Shown here: positions 1-8,807 of the stretch, piece after piece
Position numbering within the stretch: position 1 is the first letter of the stretch
How the letters are laid out: every line of letters starts with the position of its first letter
Assembly (NCBI GenBank): GCA_024346625.1
Contig: AP024666.1
Location: 2,099,608-2,119,607, forward strand
Direction: 5' to 3'
From: Williopsis jadinii
Lineage: Eukaryota
Length of the DNA stretch: 20,000 nucleotides
Made by a program: the position numbers and the translations under genes
The notes under the pieces: generated by a model
Databases searched by the model: none
Told to the model about the DNA's origin: nothing
What the model saw: only the letters and a program-made list of their open reading frames with translations

Positions 1-403
1 ATTTCTACTAAGATGTCTACTTATACCGTTCACAATCTCACAATCTGACGATCCTTGTAGCAGGATCTGTTGAGATGTGGATCACATTTTTTTCCCGGTA
101 AACGGGGTAACACTCCACCACAAGCTGGAGGAGGTTGTGGATGTTTCGTAAGATTTGGAGAAAATCCCCAAAACTCTCTAATTAGAGCCGAAGCGTCCGA
201 ACTCACACAGATTAAAGCCTGAATCCAAGGCAGAGACGGAAATTAAATCATTATGAGAAGATTGTTTCGAGAATTTAAGTAGTTTGCTTATAATGGTGCA
301 GAGTAGATTTGTATCTTTTGTAGTGCATGGTGTTTTGGTAAGTAGGGATATTTTATAAATTACTACAAGCGACATATCTTTTAAGAGAATTCAAGCCCAT
401 TAA

Positions 404-2250
404 TTAAACATAGCCAGTCGAGTCCCACGATTGTAAGTTGGTAGTCAAATTCTTCCACACCTCTGGTGAAACCTCTTTCGAAAAAGGCCTTATGAAATCT
501 AGGAACTCATCATCAGTCTCCTCTTGAGTCGTGAAAATGTTCGAGATTTCATTGAGGAGAATTGTATTCGGACTAATAGCGTCAGAGTGTTGATATAGTT
601 TAGCTTCAGTTTCTGCTTCGTCCCTAAATTTCTCAAATAACGAATCTAACTCTCGCAATCGTATCTCATTCTCAATAGCAGTGAAATTACCGGCTTCGCT
701 CATCAAGCGGTTCAGGTCACGTCCTACTGGTATTAGATTCGTATCAGTTGATGACATGTAGAGAACCAGTAAAGAGGAGAAGAGATATCTTGCATCCCAG
801 AAGCCAAATTTTGAAAACATCCCAACCTCCTTGAGATGGAACAGAATGTTTATGTTCGCACAAGCTGCCCCCACACATCTCTTGATTGCTTGTGTTATCT
901 CAGTACTATTGTCATTGGTATCCTGTTGTCCAATGAAGACTGACAAAACCAATGGACGGATTGTTATTATGACAATCTGATTCAGTCGAAGGTATAAATT
1001 AGCAACAGTTCTGTCATTGTGCACAATGATTGAGCTCTTCAATCTTGGTGGAAGATTCTTTTGGAAACTACCTAGTTTCCTCAAGGCACTCAGTAAGTCA
1101 TCAATGGTTTTCTTAACAGTAGGCCTATAGATCGTTTTCATGATATCTCCTGTGATAACTGCAAGCTGAACGTTGGCTTTTAATATTTCGGAATTGAATC
1201 CATCGTTTAAAGTGATCAGTTCACTTGTGTCAACAGTAATATCGGCCATCTCAACGTGTACCGGTTGGCCCAATTTTGCAGTCCAAACGGTGTCCATACA
1301 GAAGCATGTCCACCAGAGTCGTCTCCTCTGTTCTTGTTCCTCCAACGGTAACGATTTCATCCTTCTATGAAGTCCCATGGCCAACGACATTCTAACAGCA
1401 CATCCATAGTGTGTAAATGCCGTTATAGACCTGTTCAAGCCTTGCTGATAAAACCCAACAAGCAGTAGGGTCTGGATTTTTTGAATTGTTGGTTCCTCTG
1501 ATTGTGTATCCATCAGCCTCGTCGAAGTGTTAAAATACGATATCCCAGGCACTTCAGATCTAGCGTGTGTTTCATCCAGATATTGTTGACCGATCGCCAA
1601 CAATATAAAGAAATAGGCCATCCAAGCAGAATCAGGTCTGGCACCGTCTTCCTTATATAATGCCTCTATCTCTTCAATGATTGTGGGGGAAAACAAATAA
1701 TACTCTTGTCCTAGAAATTTTATCACTTTTTCCACTAGAAAAAGTGAATATTGCTTCTCAGGGATATTCAATTGCTCTGTAATCTGGTTGTTATCTTGAT
1801 CTCTATAGAAATGTCTCAGTGTGTTACCGGCAAAGATGATGTCGTCATCTCCATCCACGTCCAGAAAAGAGTACAGCGAGCTATCCGTCGTTGTTGAAGT
1901 TTGGAAGACATTATCTTGTAGTACGAGACCTCTAGTATGAGACGATGATTCTTGAGGCTTGTTCATAAGAGATTCCAACTCTGCTATTCTCCTTTGAAGC
2001 ATCAAAATGTCAGACTCTTGAACAGTGACAACGCGATCCTTCACGGGATACTCACACTCCTTTCGCGAGGATATGCAGTTTTGACAACATGGCTTGCCTG
2101 TTAACTGTTAGTGTCTGCCCAGCTAATGTGGGATATAGTGACGTTGTATTACTCACCACCTGAACACTTTATCTTCTGCGCTCGACACCGTTTACAGGCC
2201 AGGTGTGACCGCCTAGAACTCTTTACAGACAGATACCGTACTTGAGACAT
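404..2250 (-). CDS. Zn(II)2Cys6 fungal transcription factor with middle homology (Fungal_trans) region, 595 aa; exon 1 2250-2157, exon 2 2097-404
   Basis: The ATG at 2250 reads MSQVRYLSVKSSRRSHLACKRCRAQKIKCSG. Splicing out a 59-nt intron continues GKPCCQNCISSRKECEYPVKDR in frame with ORF 404..2044, giving a full C-x2-C-x6-C-x6-C-x2-C-x6-C cluster. The downstream AVRMSLAMGLHR...EQRRRLWWTCFCMD is the typical middle homology region. Confidence 0.93.
2098..2156 (-). other. Spliceosomal intron (59 nt) interrupting the zinc-cluster domain
   Basis: Minus strand shows a 5' GTGAGT (2156-2151), branch point CACTAAC (2113-2107) and 3' CAG ending at 2098. It contains a TAA in the exon-2 frame, and its removal restores the six-Cys motif. 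Confidence 0.9.
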
Positions 2251-2570
2251 GTGTTGTGATCCCTCAATGGAGGGAACCTGGAGCCGTTTAAAAGTGTAAT
2301 TATCCTCCCTTTCCCATTGTTTTGTAATAGAAAGAGTTGTAGATCTATCAAAAGACCTCAGTGAATCATATGCAAAGTTCGCTTATAGTTTTGATAGGGA
2401 CACTATATAGCGAGATTCTAACCAATCAGAGTCGTTTACTCATTTTATATAGATAAGTTGCCTCATTCAAACAACAGATGAGGTACAATTGCAGTACTTT
2501 GTAGCAGAGTTGCAGTGACTACAGCGTGGAACTTGCCTGCAGTTTAAAATGGGTTTATCTGTCTTTATGT

Positions 2571-2597
2571 TCGGAGTTTGAGGTTCCAATTCTCCGG
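2571..2597. promoter_or_regulatory. Dyad TCGGAG-N15-CTCCGG upstream of the transcription factor gene (possible autoregulatory site)
   Basis: TCGGAGTTTGAGGTTCCAATTCTCCGG, ~320 bp upstream of ATG 2250; matches the four other cluster copies. Confidence 0.6.
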
Positions 2598-2676
2598 TTC
2601 TATAGCTATCTAAAGGTATTTTTGAATCCAAATAGTTATGAGTAGCTTATACTGATAGCTCAGATATCGCATGCTG

Positions 2677-4161
2677 CTATGCCAATATCGGGTTTATTTC
2701 CTTCATTGGGCCTGCCAAAGTGGAAGGTCCTCTTTTCAAGTAGTTTCCATCACCAAGCGTGTTCACAACACCACCGTTGTCTCTATCCCAAGCGACTTGG
2801 CCCCTCAGTATTGTATACCGTGGCCAGTTGGTGAATTTCATACCTTCAAATGGCGAATAGTCGATGTCATGGTGTAACATTTCGTTATCCAGGATAAACT
2901 CTTTCATCTCACCTTTTGGGTACCAAATGGTGAAATCAGCATCGTAGCCAATTCCAATGGTTCCCTTTCTATCTGAAAGGCCGTAGATCTTTGCAGGGTT
3001 GGTTGAGCAGAGTTCAACAAACTTTTGTGGTGTGATTCTTCCAGTTTCAACACCGTAGCAAAAGAGCAAAGGTAAACGTGTTTCAATTCCTGGTAGACCA
3101 TTAGGTATTTGCTTGTAATGGGGCAATCCATCAACCAATCCCAATTTCTTACCCTTTGGGTTATCGTACTGTGAAGGAGCATGGTCAGAGGAGAAGACGG
3201 TGACGGTGCCGTTCTGGATACTTCTCCAAACACCGTCCAATTCAGACTGGCTTTGTCTCAGTGGTGGAGAACAGACGTATTTGGCGCCTTCAAACGGATC
3301 TTCCCCATGACCCTTGTGATGGCAACAGCCTTGCTTCAAGTAATCGCTTGTTAAAAACAGATATTGAGGACAAGTTTCTGCGTAAATCGGAACCAAGTTT
3401 CTTTGAGCATTCTCAACATGAGATAGTGCAGTCTCCGAAGACATATGAACAATCAAGATTGGCACGTCGATAACTTTTGCCAACGAAATGACTCTATAAG
3501 ATGCCTCATCTTCTGCTTCAAGTGGTCTGGAAACCGAATGGTAATAAGTACCCGTCATCTTTTTCTCTTGTAGTTTCCCATTGATGAAGTCAATGACATC
3601 AGAGTTTTCGGCGTGGATCATAGTTGTCATCTCCAGCTTTCTAGTCTCAAGGAGCAGTTCTAACAGTTGAGAGTCATTCAACTTATATCTGGGATAAGTT
3701 GTGTAAACTTTGATGGAAGTGATACCCTCTTTGGCGATCATTTGAGAGAGCTGTTGTAGAGACTCCGTTGTTGGATCGGAAACGATGAGGTGGAACCCAT
3801 AATCACAGTAGGACCCAACACTGGCTCTCTTATGGTAGTCATCAACAACTTTTTGGAAGTCGTATTCGCCCTTTGGCTGGATTGCAAACGGCAAGATGGT
3901 GGTATTACCACCAGCAACCGCACTTCTGGAACCACTTTCAAAGTCATCACCAGTTGGGGCGTTATCCTGATCCAAGTGGACATGGGAGTCAATACCACCC
4001 GGAGTGATAAGCGCACCTTGAGCATCGATGACCTTTTTACCCTGTAGTATCTCAGTGGTCATGGTTTGTATAACACCGTTCTTAACACCGATGTAAACAG
4101 ACGGTGGAAGCACATCAGATGCTGTAATGATATGACCGTTGTGGATGACGAGATCAAACAT
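2677..4161 (-). CDS. Dihydropyrimidinase / D-hydantoinase (cyclic amidohydrolase, Pyd2/HydA-like), 494 aa
   Basis: The N-terminus MFDLVIHNGHIITASD matches the family start. Binuclear metal ligands are present: PGGIDSHVH, SIKVY (carboxylated Lys), IHAEN, VHMS and SSDHAP, plus CSPPLR, NPAKIYGL and GYDADF. The ORF is open to 4350, but ATG 4161 is preferred. Confidence 0.93.
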   Translation of the reverse strand: MFDLVIHNGHIITASDVLPPSVYIGVKNGVIQTMTTEILQGKKVIDAQGALITPGGIDSHVHLDQDNAPTGDDFESGSRSAVAGGNTTILPFAIQPKGEYDFQKVVDDYHKRASVGSYCDYGFHLIVSDPTTESLQQLSQMIAKEGITSIKVYTTYPRYKLNDSQLLELLLETRKLEMTTMIHAENSDVIDFINGKLQEKKMTGTYYHSVSRPLEAEDEASYRVISLAKVIDVPILIVHMSSETALSHVENAQRNLVPIYAETCPQYLFLTSDYLKQGCCHHKGHGEDPFEGAKYVCSPPLRQSQSELDGVWRSIQNGTVTVFSSDHAPSQYDNPKGKKLGLVDGLPHYKQIPNGLPGIETRLPLLFCYGVETGRITPQKFVELCSTNPAKIYGLSDRKGTIGIGYDADFTIWYPKGEMKEFILDNEMLHHDIDYSPFEGMKFTNWPRYTILRGQVAWDRDNGGVVNTLGDGNYLKRGPSTLAGPMKEINPILA

Positions 4162-4276
4162 GGTCCTATCGAGGTTAGTAAAGATTAGGCTCTTGACATC
4201 TTTTGCGCTTATTATGGGTATCAAAGGAGGTATATATGGACGATGCGTAGAGACGGATGAGTTGTTATCAACTACG

Positions 4277-4302
4277 TCGGAGTTTTTCAACAAGATCTCC
4301 GA
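4277..4302. promoter_or_regulatory. Dyad TCGGAG-N14-CTCCGA in the divergent hydantoinase/racemase promoter, with GATAAG at 4301 and 4320
   Basis: TCGGAGTTTTTCAACAAGATCTCCGA lies roughly midway between ATG 4161 (-) and ATG 4423 (+); TATATA at 4231-4236. Confidence 0.75.
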
Positions 4303-4422
4303 TAAGCCACAATATGCCCGATAAGTGTCTTCAGTCTCAATATCCGCCATATACTTATAACAGCAGTATATGCTTTTTGAACTGTACCCCTGTGTGACAT
4401 TGTGATGATGCTAACCGACACA

Positions 4423-5217
4423 ATGACCGTGAAGACACTGGACCAGCTGCCCTTTGTAGGGAGCACAAGACCCAAGATCAAAGTGTTGTTGTTGAACCCC
4501 AACTCCACCGAGATCATGACATCGAATTGCCTCTCTATGGCCTCAAAGTTTTTGGCACCAGATGTTGCCCTGTATGGATACACAGCCAAACAACCTGCAC
4601 CATCAACTGTTGAATGCCATTTGGATGGTGTGCTATCTGCAGCTGACGCTTTTAGAGACAGCTACGATTACGTCCAACAGGTTGACGCGGTCCTTGTTGC
4701 GTGCTTCTCTGACCATCCTTTGACCAATTGTCTACGTGAAGAGTTCAATGTACCTATTTGTGGAATCTTTGAGGCTGGAATATACACAGCTAGAATGTTG
4801 GGTGGTAAGTTTGGTGTTATCACCACCGTGGCACGGTCATCGATAAGACACGGTATCGCAATCAGATCTATGGGTCTCGATGGATACTGTGCAGGGCTAG
4901 AGAGCACAAATTTGAAAGTAGCCGAGCTCCACACCAAGCCTAGAGAAGAGGTCTTGTTCCTCATGTCCAAAGTCGCGATGAAGCTTGTCGTTGAAAGAGG
5001 TGCTGATACAATTGTACTTGGATGTGCCGGTATGGCTGATATGCAGATTGCAGTAACCAATGCCGTTAGAGACTACGGAGTACAAGTCATTGATGGGGTT
5101 TCTACAGGTATTAATATCCTCACCGGTATGGTGCGTAGCGACTTGAAGACTTCTAAGGCCGGCTTGTTCGCTAGCAGTAGAGAATCACGGCTATCAAGAG
5201 GTCAAGATTATGTCTAA
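4423..5217 (+). CDS. Hydantoin/allantoin racemase (Asp/Glu/hydantoin racemase family, Dcg1/HyuA-like)
   Basis: LLLNPNST N-terminal motif, two catalytic cysteines in VACFSDHP and LGCAGM, and a VIDGV motif. Alternative ATGs exist at 4405 and 4408; 4423 (ACAATG) has good context and is my best guess. Confidence 0.92.
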   Translation: MTVKTLDQLPFVGSTRPKIKVLLLNPNSTEIMTSNCLSMASKFLAPDVALYGYTAKQPAPSTVECHLDGVLSAADAFRDSYDYVQQVDAVLVACFSDHPLTNCLREEFNVPICGIFEAGIYTARMLGGKFGVITTVARSSIRHGIAIRSMGLDGYCAGLESTNLKVAELHTKPREEVLFLMSKVAMKLVVERGADTIVLGCAGMADMQIAVTNAVRDYGVQVIDGVSTGINILTGMVRSDLKTSKAGLFASSRESRLSRGQDYV

Positions 5218-5258
5218 TTATGCAATTCAGCTATATATGATTTGATTGGAACGGCCAA

Positions 5259-5285
5259 TCGGAGTTTTCGAGGGCATTTCTCCGA
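5259..5285. promoter_or_regulatory. Dyad TCGGAG-N15-CTCCGA upstream of the 2-hydroxyacid dehydrogenase
   Basis: TCGGAGTTTTCGAGGGCATTTCTCCGA, ~235 bp upstream of ATG 5520. Confidence 0.7.
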
Positions 5286-5519
5286 TTCCGCTTATAGGCG
5301 CTAATTTGTCCCTGTAGCAGCCCTTAAGAGAAAGCCGAGCGCTCGGCTGAGATGAACATTTTATCCAACTCTGAGCCTGTGTTTGCTTTGTTGTGTATGG
5401 TTTTACAATTGAACAGGTTTGCTCCAGTTTGAACTGACTGTGCATGGACTGTGTAGAGAGAAGCATTGGATAAAGCTTCTACTTTCTGTCTCCTCTTGCT
5501 AACATCTTGCCGTTATTCA

Positions 5520-6581
5520 ATGACCGTCGCAAAGCCAAGGATCCTGTACATTCCATGGGATGAGCCTGTTCATGACGAAGAAGCATGGAAGACACTCAAT
5601 GAGAAGTTTGAGCTTGTTAACTACGACTTTGACACAGTGGAAGAGTATATGGACGAGTTGAGAAAGCCAGACCATGGTAAGATTGGTAACATCGATGGTG
5701 TTTGTCGCTCTGCATGGCTCAAATCAAACCCATATATTCACCATTACATCCTCAGGGACGAAGCAGTGAAGTTGTTGCCTGAGTCTGTAAAGATTGTTGT
5801 GCAATCAGGTCATGGTTACGATATCGTTGACGTTGATTACTTGACTTCGAGAGGCATTGTCTTTTGCAACTCTCCTGATTCCTGCTCAAGAGCCACTGCA
5901 GATATTGGTATATCGTTGATCTTGAACTCTTTCCGTTATTTGACATTCGCAGAACACTGTGTCAGAACCCCTGGCATGTATTACCAAAGCCAAGAGATTG
6001 CGCATTTCGGAGAGGATCCAAACGGGAAGACTTTGGGTATCGTTGGCTTGGGCGACATTGGGTCCCTTGTTGCAAAGACATGTAAAAGTCTCGGTATGGA
6101 CATCGTTTACCATAACAGATCGCCTAAACCGTTGTTGGAGGCACAAACGCCTATGCAGTACTGTAAGTCGATTGACGAGCTCTTTGCTCAGGCTGACTGC
6201 ATCTTCATCTCGTGTCCTTACACCAAAGAGACAAGACACCTTATCAATACTGAGGCGTTCAAGAAGATGAAGCCGAGAGTGCGCCTGGTGAACATAGCTA
6301 GAGGCCCGATAGTCGAAGAAGCTGCTGTGATCGCTGCTTTCGAGAGTGGCCAACTCGTCGGTGCAGGCTTCGATGTTCATGAGTTTGAGCCAAAGATCGA
6401 TGAAAGACTTCTACGTAATTGGAAGATTACACTGACTCCGCACACCGGTGTCTGTACTAGAGATTCTTTCCAAAACTTTGAAAAGAAATGCGTGAAGAAC
6501 CTCGTCCAGTATTTCTACGGGAACGAAAAGCCCCATACAATCGTTAACGACGAAGCTTATCACAGTTCAACATCAGAATAA
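5520..6581 (+). CDS. D-isomer-specific 2-hydroxyacid dehydrogenase (glyoxylate/hydroxypyruvate reductase-like), 353 aa
   Basis: Rossmann motif LGIVGLGDIG, plus VNIARG (Arg), DVHEFEP (Glu), TPHTG (His) and GHGYD. First ATG is at 5520; the track start is a TTG. Confidence 0.92.
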   Translation: MTVAKPRILYIPWDEPVHDEEAWKTLNEKFELVNYDFDTVEEYMDELRKPDHGKIGNIDGVCRSAWLKSNPYIHHYILRDEAVKLLPESVKIVVQSGHGYDIVDVDYLTSRGIVFCNSPDSCSRATADIGISLILNSFRYLTFAEHCVRTPGMYYQSQEIAHFGEDPNGKTLGIVGLGDIGSLVAKTCKSLGMDIVYHNRSPKPLLEAQTPMQYCKSIDELFAQADCIFISCPYTKETRHLINTEAFKKMKPRVRLVNIARGPIVEEAAVIAAFESGQLVGAGFDVHEFEPKIDERLLRNWKITLTPHTGVCTRDSFQNFEKKCVKNLVQYFYGNEKPHTIVNDEAYHSSTSE

Positions 6582-6726
6582 ACAGAACCACCCAGATTAT
6601 TCACTTTGTAGATAGAAAAGAACACAATACAGATCGGCTAAATGAAACGCTGAAATGATATGTGGTTAGGGTAGCACTTGTTGTTGCGAACTGAGAAATG
6701 TCCGTCACCTGCAATGTTCATGGGAG

Positions 6727-6756
6727 CGTCGGAGAATCAAGAAATTTTCTCCGACG
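6727..6756. promoter_or_regulatory. Dyad CGTCGGAGAA-N10-TTCTCCGACG (core TCGGAG-N14-CTCCGA) upstream of the NCS1 permease
   Basis: Perfect 10-bp arms; GATAAG at 6758, CTTATC at 6803 and TATAAAA at 6867 precede ATG 6945. Confidence 0.78.
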
Positions 6757-6944
6757 AGATAAGAAGATCATCAGACATATCGTTTAACATCAAATTGTTT
6801 TCCTTATCGTTCGAGATTGATGGCACGTACCTTGATTTCTGTCTTTGTACTAGAGCATGGGTCAAATATAAAAATACAGAGGCGTCCACTCCTGATTGAA
6901 ACCTACACCACCACTAAGCCCATCATCATTTTAACATTTGAGCG

Positions 6945-8609
6945 ATGAAGTTCTCTGAAATCAAATCAAAGCTTGAGATACCTCTTGATCCTGGGTCATA
7001 CTCAGATGGATATCTCTATTCGAACAAAGATCTGGACCCTGTTCCGCAGTGGTCTGATGAGAGAAAGTGGGAATGGTTTAGCAACTTGGGATTCTGGATC
7101 GCGGAAGCAATGTCGATTTCCATGTACCAAGTTGCATCCTCTTCCATCTCTGCAGGTCTTTCACCGGGCTTAGCCATATTGGCCATCATTATTGGTCACA
7201 TAATTGTTTCGATCCCTGCTATGCTCAACGCTACATTGGGAGCCAAGTATGGCCTGGGGTTCCCAATTCTGATGCGCGCCTCTGCTGGTGCTGGTAACAG
7301 ATTCTCTGGTGCACATGTCATGGTGTTCATCAGAGGTATGGTTTGTGTCCTGTGGACTGGTACCCAGACTCTTCTTCTTGGTCAATGTATCCAATCTATG
7401 ATTTCTGCTATTTGGCCATCTTTCAATCATTTTAAGAACCATTTACCAGAATCTGCAGAGATCACAAGCGCTGGGCTCTTGTGCTTCTTCCTGGGTATCA
7501 TTGTTCAAATACCTGCTCTTTATCTAACAGTTAACCAATTGCGTTTTCTGTTTACCATAAAGATCATTGCTGGTATCTGCTTCTCTATTGTGCTCTTTGC
7601 ATGGGCTGTCCATGGGGCAAAAGGGTTCGGCCCAATTTTCAACCAAGGAACTGACATCAAAGATGGAACACCAGTAGCCGTTGTGTTCTTTAGGTGTATG
7701 ATTTCAGCTATTGGTCCAAAGGCAACGCTAGCTTTAAACATATCTTATTTTACAAGATATGCGAAGAAACCAAGACAAGTGTGGTGGCCGCAGTTTGTTG
7801 GTCTTGTTATTTTGGTAACCATCTGTGGTTTGATCGGCATAATTGTCACCTCAGCTACAAAGGTGATCTATGGGGTCCAAACATGGAATCCTTTACAAGT
7901 TGAAGAACTTTGGAATAACAGAGCAGCGCAATTCTTTGCATCTTTGATGTGGGCATTCTCTACCATGATGACTAACATATCTGCCAATACGGTGTCGTTT
8001 TCCTACGATTTGTCATTGTGGTTTCCACGTTGGATAAATCCAAGACGTGGTGCCTATGTGTGCTTAATCTTGGGTATTGCATGTTGTCCTTGGTACATTC
8101 AAAACTCAGCCACATCTTTCTCATCTTTCCTTGGTGGTTATAGTCTTTTCCTTGCACCAATTGCAGGATGTATGTGCACAGACTATTGGATTGTCAGAAA
8201 GAGAAAGATAAACGTCCCAGGCCTTTACAGGATTGATGGACCATACAGATTCTTCCATGGATTCAACATCCCATTCTTTATTTCTTTTATTTTTGGAATC
8301 TTACCAAATTTGCCAGGTTTAGCCTGGGTTTGTGGAAACACAAGCGTGCCAAAGGGAGCTATCTATCTCTATTCCATCTCGTACGTCACTGGTATTGTGA
8401 TTTCATCTGTATCTTACTATTTGATCTGCACTTACATTCCAAAGATTTGGATGGCTGATCTGGACAACTTTGAAGAAGACCCTGGTAACACATTGTACAA
8501 GCCTGACATTGTTCTTGAGGGCCTTGGCCAAGAAGTTGCATCATCTGGGTCTTCAATTTCAAAGGAGAAAAATATGATCCGCACCAACGCTGTTCTTATT
8601 GAGGACTAA
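6945..8609 (+). CDS. NCS1 nucleobase:cation symporter (Fur4/Dal4/Mhp1-like allantoin/uracil/hydantoin permease), 554 aa
   Basis: SNKDLDPVP..ERKW N-terminus, GAKYGLGFP, NISANTVS, PRWINPRRG, FLGGYSLFLAPIAG..TDYWIVRK; about 12 hydrophobic segments. Confidence 0.93.
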   Translation: MKFSEIKSKLEIPLDPGSYSDGYLYSNKDLDPVPQWSDERKWEWFSNLGFWIAEAMSISMYQVASSSISAGLSPGLAILAIIIGHIIVSIPAMLNATLGAKYGLGFPILMRASAGAGNRFSGAHVMVFIRGMVCVLWTGTQTLLLGQCIQSMISAIWPSFNHFKNHLPESAEITSAGLLCFFLGIIVQIPALYLTVNQLRFLFTIKIIAGICFSIVLFAWAVHGAKGFGPIFNQGTDIKDGTPVAVVFFRCMISAIGPKATLALNISYFTRYAKKPRQVWWPQFVGLVILVTICGLIGIIVTSATKVIYGVQTWNPLQVEELWNNRAAQFFASLMWAFSTMMTNISANTVSFSYDLSLWFPRWINPRRGAYVCLILGIACCPWYIQNSATSFSSFLGGYSLFLAPIAGCMCTDYWIVRKRKINVPGLYRIDGPYRFFHGFNIPFFISFIFGILPNLPGLAWVCGNTSVPKGAIYLYSISYVTGIVISSVSYYLICTYIPKIWMADLDNFEEDPGNTLYKPDIVLEGLGQEVASSGSSISKEKNMIRTNAVLIED

Positions 8610-8807
8610 ATAACCCTGTTTTAATCACAATTTGTTTTTATTGATGATTGTAGTATACTATATATATTTCACAAGGGTTTTGGTAATTGAAGCAAAGAAT
8701 CCTCTCGTATCTTCCAGTATTGTTTCCAAGAGCGTGGGTTGAATAAAGCCTCAGCGACAGGATAATTAAAACTAATCTACATATGATGATGTCAAAGGAA
8801 CATGCAT

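Noticed and set aside
178..375. 65-aa ORF downstream of the transcription factor
   Set aside because: Short, AT-rich, no motif; lies in the probable 3' UTR/terminator region.
4162..4350. 63-aa N-terminal extension of the hydantoinase ORF
   Set aside because: Family homology starts at MFDLVI (4161), and the extension overlaps the TATA, dyad and GATA elements of the divergent promoter.
4409..5503. TGCTAAC branch-like motifs just before the racemase (4409) and dehydrogenase (5497) ATGs
   Set aside because: No AG acceptor before either ATG and no convincing donor; the proteins look complete without extra exons.
2677..8609. Calling the cluster the canonical DAL allantoin cluster (DAL1/DCG1/DAL4)
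   Set aside because: The amidohydrolase resembles dihydropyrimidinase/hydantoinase rather than Dal1, and allantoicase, ureidoglycolate lyase and malate synthase are absent, so gene symbols were withheld.
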